Part shown: positions 53,968 through 64,000 of the stretch, in pieces
Layout of the letters: every line of letters starts with the position of its first letter
Numbering within the stretch: position 1 is the stretch's first letter
Source of the DNA: Octopus vulgaris
Lineage: Eukaryota
Length of the DNA stretch: 64,000 nucleotides
Assembly: GCA_951406725.2 (NCBI GenBank)
Contig: OX597830.1
Location: forward strand, 19,530,001 to 19,594,000
Reading direction: 5' to 3'
Translations under genes and position numbers: made by a program
The notes under the pieces: generated by a model
Databases searched by the model: none
Told to the model about the DNA's origin: nothing
The model's input: the letters and a program-made list of their open reading frames with translations, nothing else

Positions 53968-54612
53968 CGGAAAAGTTACTGAATAAGGCTGAAGTGATAA
54001 TCGAAAAGCATTAGAAAAGGAAAACAAAAGATATCCAAAATAGAATATTAATAGAAATGAACTCGAAGAATTCAATTTTACAGAGGTGAGTTTTAAAAGG
54101 GCCGACAAATACACACAATTTATGTATGGGCGAGATGATAGTGTAACTTGAAAGATACGAGTTCTCCGCACAATTGCGTCTGTAGAAAGTGAATGAGCAA
54201 TGTTATTAATATTGGTTTCAAATTTTGACACAAGGCCGGCAATTTTTTGAGGGTGGGTCGGAAGTCGATTACATCGACCCCAGTGCTCAACTTGTACTTT
54301 ATCAACCTCGAAAGGACGAAAGGCAAAGATGGCCTCGGCGGAATTTGAACTCAGAGCGTAAAGACGGACGAAATGCCGCTTTAGCATTTCGTCCGTCGAG
54401 GAAAGGATTCTGCCAGCTCACTGCTTTTAATGTTATTAATATTATTTAGTATATGAAGGCAGCGAGCTAGCTGAATCGTTACCGCACCGGACAAAATTCT
54501 TAGCGGCATTTCTTCCGACGATTAAGAAAATCTGATCAGAAGTATTTTCTTCTCACAAAGGCGCACGCACACACACACACACACACACACGCGCACACGC
54601 ACACGCACACGC

Positions 54613-54646
<34 letters not shown>

Positions 54647-55194
54647 GTAACATAATATCTACTTAATTAATCATTAAAATGTATACACAATAAAAACTCT
54701 CAAACATATGTAACTCCAACTTTAAAAAAACCTCAATGAAGTAAACGTTTAAATTACATTCAATATTGTAAGGCGCACTGTGCAATGTTTAATTTGAAAC
54801 ATATACTATATGAAAATTGTGATACATTTTATACCGAAACAGGCGTAGCTGTGTGGTAAGAAGCTGGCTTCCCAAATACATGGTTCTGGGTGCATGACAC
54901 CTTGGACAAATGTCTTCTACTATAGCCTCTGGCCGACCAAAACCTTGTAAATGGATTTGGGAGACGGGAACTGAAAGAAGCCCGTCGTATATATATGCTT
55001 GTTCCCCCACCGTCGCTTGACAAGCGATGTTGGTGTGTTTATGCCCCCGTAAATTAGCGGTTCGACAAAAGAGACCGAGAAAATAGGTACTAGACTTATA
55101 AAGAATAAATGGGGTCCATTTGTTCGACTAAAGGCGGTGCTCCAGCATGACCGCAGTCAAATGACTGAAACAAATAAAAAGGCCCTATTTATAT

Positions 55195-56276
55195 TGTTAC
55201 GCTGCCACTCAGACCCAAGGCCTTCCGATTCCACCACGGGCCCTAAGTCGCGACGATGACACTCAGTAAACCGGAAATCCACCAACGACAACCAAAGAAA
55301 GGAGACATACAGCGGAAGTTGCGTAATTCAGCAATTTTTTTTTTAAACAAAACCATAGCATTCCAAAACAAAGGTTGACAAATCCTGTACAGAGTTCGAA
55401 GAACAAATCATTTGCATTTAAACATAATACAGAGTTCGAAAAACAAATCATTTAACATTTGACACAATGCAGTTCGATTTTTCAAGACAAATCATTTTAC
55501 ATTTAACACAAGGTTCACAATCAACAGTCTCTTAGAGCTCCACTTTCCTCTTTTTTTTTAACACGACAGTTCTCAAAAAGTTCCTTTTGCCTTCTTTTAA
55601 AAATATTTCCAAGTTCTTTTTTTTTTCCTTTTCTTTTCTTAAAAAAAAAAAACAGCCAACAGCACGCTCTTTTTTTTTTTCAACGGTTACGTCAGAGCCG
55701 CTCTTTTTTTTTTTTAATTTCAACAACACATCGTCTCTTTTCTTCTGGTTTTTTTTAGACATTCACATTTAAACATTAGAATTCAAAACACACAGAAAAC
55801 AACATTACCAGAACATTTGTTTCTTAACCCGTGTCCGCAACAATTTTAACTTCACAAACCCCTACTACAACAACTTGCCTGGCCGCTCGTTGTCATCTCT
55901 CTCACTACCGTCTCTCGTCCCCACCATCTTCAACTACACCTGTTAGTCTCTGACTGTCATCCTCTTGGCTGCCTCTCGCCGACTGACCCTTTAACTTAAT
56001 GCAGCTATCCGTATTTATAACGGCCAGCAGCTAGAAGAAGAGAGATATCGATGACAGCAGTGTGTAGATCCCTTCCCAACATTTTAATTTTTAAAAGACT
56101 TTCCGTGACCGTGTGGGGCCATAGATCATTTTCTATGACCATTAATAATCGTGCTCTTTGACAGGACAAAAGAAATACCATTGTCTTGAACAACTGGAGC
56201 GCCGGTTCGATTCCAACTAATGGAACAAAAGGCATAATGTTTTTTTGTTCGTTTACTTTTCCTTGCGTCCGTAACA
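55195..56276 (-). mobile_element. Solo LTR (1082 bp), probably Gypsy-type
   Basis: Inverted termini tgttacg...cgtaaca; 4-bp TSD atat (55191-55194 and 56277-56280); TATAAATA on the - strand at 56012-56019; no coding sequence. Confidence 0.78.
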
Positions 56277-56599
56277 ATATTAACCTCAGCAAATATATGT
56301 ATTAAACGTATATTGAATAAAATTTGTATATTGTAATATATATGTTCCAACGTAACTGCGTCACATATAGGACATGTCATAATATAAGACATATAGGACA
56401 TGCCATATTTACATTACACTGATTATTGGACAAATATACTACATTCGGTAGTATTTAGTCAGGCAATGTACGATGTGTTCTATTAAGTCTATATCAAATA
56501 TAGGGAATGGGAATGTGTGTTATGGCAATGAACTTTAATACAAGTTTCAGTTTTATTTCTTTTAAAATGCCGTCAGCTTTACTGTCAAGGCTATACTCG

Positions 56600-56653
<54 letters not shown>

Positions 56654-56984
56654 GAGTTATCTATCTATACACGTAGAATACATTCACACATATAACATTT
56701 CTAAGACCACATACACATAGACGCACACACACACACACACACACACATACTTAGCTGTTCCCACAGTTACAGGTTTGAGAATGTGTGCACGTGTGTACGT
56801 ATTGATATGCGTTTAAATGTGTGCGTTTGTGTTGGTATGTGTTCAACAAATGACAGGAGGAAAACATATTCTAAAGTGTAATACGATATCATGGAGATTG
56901 CCGCTACCATTTGTCTGTGGTTACGATGTCGGTGGCGTTGTGAGTAGAATACGTGCGGTAGTGGTGGTAATAGTGGTGTATTTA

Positions 56985-56985
56985 G

Positions 56986-57018
<33 letters not shown>

Positions 57019-57244
57019 GGTGGTGGTGGTGATGGTGGTGGTAGTGGTGGTGGTGGTGGTGGTGGTGGTAGTAGTAGTAGTAGTAGTGGTGGTGGTGGTA
57101 GTGGTGGTAGTAGTAGTAGTAGTAGTCGTGGTAGTGTTAGTAGTAGTAGTAGTGGTGGTGGTGGTGGTAGTAGTAGTAGTGGTGGTAGTGGTGGTAGTGG
57201 TGGTAGTGGTAGTAGTGGTAGTAGTGGTGGTGGTGGTAGTGGTG

Positions 57245-57276
<32 letters not shown>

Positions 57277-57754
57277 GGTGGTGGTGGTGGTGGTGGTGGT
57301 GGTGGTAGTAGTAGTAGTAGAAATAGTAGTAGTAGTAGTAGTAGTAGTGATGTAAGTTAGCTTAAGTTCCAGTTATCGTTGACACGTGTTTTACCACATA
57401 TCATCGCCGTCCCCACCGCTGCTACCCGTCGCCGCTGCCTCTAACTAGGACGCAACGAGCCTCTGCGTGGTTTCGACCTGCTAGAAATAGCGGACAGATC
57501 TCCCTCAAAACGTGTTGTAACCTTCATAAATAAGGAAAAAAAAAACACAATTACTCATCAGATAACGCAATCAGCCCCATCTGATTCTTTCTGGCAAAGG
57601 TAGGATGATCAAAGCTGCATCGCCTTTGATCATAGGTCAGCTCAATCAGGAATGACCCGGGGGCTAAGCAATAACAACACTCCTATCACTACTACTCTCA
57701 CCCCTCCTCCATCAACAGCACTACTACTATTACTACAACTACTACTACTACTGT

Positions 57755-57796
<42 letters not shown>

Positions 57797-57906
57797 CACT
57801 ACTACCACCACCACCACCACCACCACTACTACACCACCACCACCACTACCATCACCACCACCACCATCACTACCACCACCACCACCACCACCATCACTAC
57901 AACCAC

Positions 57907-57937
<31 letters not shown>

Positions 57938-57988
57938 ACCACCACCACCACCACCACCACCACCACCACCACCACCACCACCACCACC

Positions 57989-58023
<35 letters not shown>

Positions 58024-58389
58024 CCTGTTGCCACAACTACCGTCACTTCTACCTCAGCTAAAATATCTAAACTTCACCGCATTTGCAGCAATTGCTACTA
58101 CGATCGCAGCTACAACCGTTTCAACTGTCCCAAGCACTACTACAACCGATACAGCTACTACTACCACCACTGATACCATCATTGTCACTTTAGCCACTAT
58201 TGACATCGTCGCCACCCACCACCACCCCATTTACCATCATCATCATAATTACTACTACTACTACTACTACCACCACCAGTACTACGTGACTATTATTGTT
58301 GCTGAAACTACTGTTACTACTACCACTACTACCTCCACCTATAGCACTACCTCCACCACCAGTACAACATCACTATAACTATCATTAAA

Positions 58390-58441
<52 letters not shown>

Positions 58442-58474
58442 TTATTACTACTACTACTACTACTACTACTGCTG

Positions 58475-58529
<55 letters not shown>

Positions 58530-58530
58530 A
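56985..58530. repeat. (GTA/GTG)n tract at 56985-57350 followed by complementary (TAC/CAC)n tracts at 57715-58530
   Basis: Direct reading; source of the poly-V/H/G ORFs. Confidence 0.95.
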
Positions 58531-59138
58531 AGCACCTCCATCGTCAGGATAACCCCTTCCCTATGTTCCCCAAAGTTGTTACAATCGCAACTATCACACT
58601 TATTTCTAGCAAGTTGGGTAACCACGTAGAGGCTTATTCCTTGATTGTCTCGTTGATTCTGAAGTTGCCTCAAGGTCAAGTCTGATCGAGCACATCTTTG
58701 GTCAGAGGCATTCCAGCCGTGGCCATCCCTTCTTTTGTTTTCCAATCATAACGTATCTTATATAGCTACAATTATCCGGCATTCCTTCGATATTGGTACA
58801 TGACGTCGTTCATACCCATACGACCTTCCCTCATGACATAGATAAAGGGGCTAGGCTGAAAAAGAAAGTGAATGACGTCGTCTCCTCACCCCCGACACTC
58901 TGTAGACCAATACCGAAAGAACGCCAATTATCCCTTACTCTTTTACTTGTTTCAGTCATTTGACTGCGGCCATGCTGGAGCACCGCCTTTAGTCGAGCAA
59001 ATCGACCCCAGGGCTTATTCTGTGGATGCCTAGTTCTTATTCTATTGTTCTATTTTGCCAAACCGCAAAGTTACAGGGACGCAAACACAACAGCATCGGT
59101 TATCAAGCGATGTTGGGGGGACAAACACAGACACACAA

Positions 59139-59169
<31 letters not shown>

Positions 59170-60803
59170 CATATACACATATACGACGGGCTTCTTTCAG
59201 TTTCCGTCTACCAAATCCACTCACAAGGCTTTGGTCGGCCCGAGGCTATAGTAGAAGACACCTGCCCATAGTGAACGTGGCTTTTCTTTTTTTTAAACTA
59301 GTAGGGTGTAATTTCAGGGAGATTTGGCTGCTATTTCTAGCAATAGTAAGTGCAACAGTTCAACATGCGACCACACAGAGCTTTCCCTAACCCTACCTCC
59401 TATTTTAGCTCATATGCATGAAATTAAAGAATTTGGTGAAATACCGAGTTGGTGTTTTTATAGATCAGAATATGTGGTGCTGCTTAAAGGACGCGACGGA
59501 TGAAGGTCACCGGTGAAGGACAAGTAAATAAAGAGAGAGGGGGGGGGAGACTGGGAGCGGGCTGGGGGGACAGAAAAATGTGGACGACAACAAAGGCAAT
59601 GGTTTACGGTGAGCTGGCAGAAACGTTAGCACGCCGGGCGAAATACTTAGCGGTATTTCGTCTGCCGTTACGTTGTGAGTTCAAATTCCGCCGAGGTCGA
59701 CTTTGTCTTTCATCCTTTCGGCGTCGATAAATTAAGTACCAGTTACGCACTGGGGTCGATGTAATCGACTTAATACCCTATGTCTGTCCTTGTTTGTCCC
59801 CTCTGTGTTTAGCCCCTTGTGGGTAATAAAGAAATAGGTATTTCGTCTCCGTTACGTTGTGAGTTCAAATCCCGCCGAGGTCGACTTTGCCTTTCATCCT
59901 TTCGGGGTCGATAAATAAAGTACCAGTTACGCACTGGGGTCGATGTAATCGACTTAATACCCTATGTCTGTCCTTGTTTGTCCCCTCTGTGTTTAGCACC
60001 CTTGTGGGTAGTAAAGAAATAGGTATACGGAATTGCGAAGGCAATAGGGTTATGATAAAACATAAAGGAAGTACCGTTTGGAGTCTTATAACTGACAGGC
60101 CCTGTTAATCGGTTTCCATGTCGTAGATCACGACATTTTCCACCTGGACGGGACGCCAGTCCATCGCAGGGTTAACCGTTTACAGCTGTGTGGGATGGAC
60201 CAACGTGAAACGCAGTGCTTTTTGTTCAAGAGCGCCACGCACTGTCCAATATGGCAATCGAAACCACGACCATGCGATCCCGAGTGCAACGACGTAACAA
60301 CTAGGTCACACGCCTTCGGAGTTATTGTAAGTATATATGAATAAAAAGACGTTATGATATTAGGTTCTCATTAGGGTTCTTTTACTTATTTGGTATGAGA
60401 ATCAGACCGCTTGATTTTGCTGGGTTTTTTTCAATGGCTTAGTAAAGAAGGAAGACAGTGGCCTTGGCTATTTACAGGGCCTCCGAGAGTAAAACAAACA
60501 GATAGGTAGATTGAGAGAGAGAGGGAGGAGAGATGGGGGGAGTGGAAAGAGGAAAGGGGTCTTCAAGTAGATGACTTGAGTTGAATGCTTGCAACACTCT
60601 TTTACTCTTTTACTTTTTTCAGTCACTTGACTGCTGCCATGCTGGAGCACCGCCTTTTAGTCGAGCAAATCGACTGCAGGACTTATTCTTTGTAAGCCTA
60701 GTACTTATTCTATCGGCCTCTTTTGCCGAACCGCTAAGTTACAGGGCAGTAAACACACCAGCATCGGTTGTCAAGCGATGTTGGGGGGACAAACACACAC
60801 ACA

Positions 60804-60847
<44 letters not shown>

Positions 60848-62705
60848 TACATACACACACACATATATATATATATACATATATACGACGGGCTTCTTTC
60901 AGTTTCCGTCTACGAAATCCTTTCACAAATCTTTGATCGAACCGAGGCTATAGTAGAAGACACTTGCCCAAGGTGCCACGCAGTAGGACTGAACCCGGAA
61001 CCATGTGGTTGGTAAGCAAGCTACTTACAACACAGCCACTCCTGCGCCTGTGTACAATCTGCTAAAGACACTTACAAGCCAGGTGGACACATATCGAGCC
61101 ACGGATTAAGTTTGCCACCTGAGAAGGCCACGACAAGATTTGAACACACAGAACGCGACGACAAGATTTAACCTCAGAATGCAAAGCCAAAACGTCACAA
61201 GACATTTCTCGTCTAATGCTTGAATGATTCCGACAGTTCATAGGTACGGTCCCAGAAATTTTTCGAAATGGCGGGGGGTGGGGGTAGGGCACAAGGTCGG
61301 AAGGGAATACAATTCCAGGAGTAAAGAGTGTAATAACATTATTTAGAAGGGCGCACTTGTTTTCTTGGGGGAGGCAGTTGCCTTCAGGCCCTTGAGTTCG
61401 TCCGTGGCTTACCGCCCTTGATTGCGTGGGATTTGAACTCATAACACAGAGACACAGAAGAAATGCTGCTAAGCATTTTTGTCCGACGCACTAACCGTTT
61501 TACCAGCTAGCCACCTTAATAACATTGATTTCAAATTCTGGCACAATGCCAGCAATTTCGGGGTAGGAGTAAGAAAAAAAAAGGTAAAATTATCTTCTCT
61601 AGTCATGTCGATGGCTAAGGGCATGCTAATTTGACAAAGATTTTTGGAAATTTTTTTCAGAATTATAATCTCCGTATTTTTCCGCATATTTTGAAAAAAA
61701 AAAAAAAAAAAGAAAAAAAAATTGTGAGAAAAGTTAAAAATTAAGGAAATGGGGCTGGAGGGTGGTAATTTAGAAATGTCGATTTTTGCCAATTTTTTTG
61801 CAGATTCGTATTCCCCGTAGCCGAAAAGGGGAGGGTTTGTGTGGAAAAATAAATTTAGAAAGGCTGGGGTTTTTTTGGGGGGCGGGGGGCAGAAGCCTTA
61901 CCATTCTATTTTGTAATATTCTTAAATATTAAGGCGACGTGCTGGCGGAATGAATCGCCAGCATAGCAGGCAAAATGCCCGACGGCATTTCGTCCGTCTT
62001 TACACCCTGAGTTCAAATTCCGCCGAGGTCGACTTTGTTTTTCATCCTTTCGGGGTCAATAAAATAAGTACCAGTTGAGCACTGGGGGTAGATTTAATCG
62101 ACTAAGCGTCTTACCCGAATTGGCTGGCCTTGTACCAAAATTTCAAATCAATATTCTTAAATACTTTAATATTGTATTATGAACACACAGTCTTGGCAAA
62201 ACAAATCGACGAGGAACTATAATTATAAAAAAATAAAGCGATTAACACAGTTATTAACTAATGCAGTTAATAAAAATAATACTTTAATTAATAAGAGCCA
62301 TTTCACAAACTTTATAGCATTATTTATTACGTTATTGATCGATTATTGATTAGTTACATCATAGAACAGCTGCTACAAACGATATCCTTAGAATTACATG
62401 TCCTGAACAATCTGTTCAAGTAATCATTTTGACGGACGCCTTAATATTCCTAGAGTTCTTCATAAATTCAATGGAAAATTTCAATAATGTTTCAAATTGA
62501 CTTTGAATACAAAATATTCAACAATTAGTGGCTGTGTGGTAAGTAGCTTGCTTACCAATCACATGGTTCCGGGTTCAGTCCCACTGCGTGGCACCTTGGG
62601 CAGGTGTCTTCTACTATAGCCTCGGGCCGACCAAAGCCTTGTGAGTGGATTTGGTAGCCGGAAACTGAAAGAAGCCCGTGGTATATATGTATATATATAT
62701 ATGTA

Positions 62706-62754
<49 letters not shown>

Positions 62755-64000
62755 ATTTGTGTGTCTGTGTTTGTCCCCCCAACATCGCTTGACAACCGAT
62801 GCTGGTGTGTTTACGTCCCCGTAACTTAGCGGTTCGGCAAAAGAGACCGATAGAATAAGTACTAGGCTTACAAAGAATAAGTCCTGGGGTCAAGTTGCTC
62901 GTCTAAAGGCGGTGCTCCAGCATGGCCGCAGTCAAGTGACTGAAACAAGTAAAAGAGTAAAAGAGAGTAAAGAGTAACTAACATAATATAACGACATGAG
63001 TTCAAATCCCAGCGGGGTCGCCTTTGCCTTCTATCCATGTAAGGCTAAACGCTTAGCGGCATTTCGTCTATCTTTACGATCTGAGTTCGAATTCTGTTGA
63101 GGTTGACTTTGCTTTTCATCCTTTCGGGGTCGATAAAATAAGTACCAGTTGAGCACTGGGATCGATCTAATCGTCTTACTCCCTTCCTCTGAACATGCTG
63201 GCCATGTGCCAAAATTTGAAATCAGTGTAACGAAATTCCCAAGTATTTCTGAATGGTGTGTTCACATGTATTTCTGAATGGTGTGTTTACATCCCAGTAA
63301 CTTAGCGGTTCGGCAAAAGACACCGATAGAATAAGTACTAGGCTTACAAAGAATAAGTCCTGGGGGTCGATTTGCTCGACTAAAGGCGGTGCTCCCGCAT
63401 GGCCACAGTCAAATGACTGAAACAAGTAAAAGAGAGTAAAGAGATTGAACCCATGATTGAAACACTGACGGGTAGTCACCGTTGCCTGTACCGTTTGGCA
63501 ACATTTGTCTCTAGTGCCTTCGTCAGTAGTAGTGTAGCAGGTGTCTATTAATAAATATATTTTAGCGTTAACATGCTATCTTAAAGAAATGGGGATATAC
63601 TTTTTTTTTTCTTTTGCCAATGCATCCCACTTCATACGATAAGTTGTGAAATGTGAGATACTAAACCGCCATTTCTGGCATACCGGTTGACCATGTAGAG
63701 GCTCTGTGGAATAATAAATACGAATTGGAAGTTGTTAGCAGTAGTTACTCAGCAAGAGGGGCATGTCTAAAAAACTTTGAATTTTTAAATAAAATACGAT
63801 TGTTCTAAAACTATATCCATTTATACAATGAGCAAGCAGGTGCTGTACGATAAAATACTTTTTATGGTTAATGGATTCATTTTCAAATTGGATAAGAGAT
63901 ATATAATATGATAGACATTTTGTCTGTGCAATTTTGAAATTCGAGTTGATAAACTTGATTTAACGAAGCATAAAATATAGTATCGTAATAAGCTCAATTC

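Noticed and set aside
63486-63530. CUGACGA-a-ggca..tgcc-AAAcggUA on the - strand (a similar decayed motif lies near 61119-61196 on +)
   Set aside because: G12 is missing and there is no stem I; not called as a feature.

Overview
Eukaryotic, AT-rich, repeat-saturated genomic DNA. The SINE families and microsatellite load point to a coleoid cephalopod, probably Octopus (inference). Host coding content is small. Three 5' coding exons of an SLC7A9/b(0,+)AT-like amino-acid transporter lie on the - strand (15531->9331, continuing left of the window). One isolated penultimate-type exon of the same family lies on the + strand (30746-30914). The rest is tRNA-derived SINEs, mariner/Tc1/hAT elements and MITEs, Helitron-type elements, a solo LTR, Penelope-like, R4/Dong-like and RTE relics, and long microsatellites. 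Nearly all ORFs in the supplied track are microsatellite or SINE artefacts. The main hidden signal is about a dozen type-I hammerhead ribozyme motifs (CUGAnGA...GAAA, one clear U3-A8 covariant). They have palindromic, nearly loopless stem III, and several sit in small non-coding elements built as long palindromes, inverted repeats or direct repeats (Penelope pLTR / retrozyme-like). Also notable are a SINE that recurs as head-to-tail ~184-bp concatemers with an invariant junction, and the strand-discordant SLC7A9 exon.
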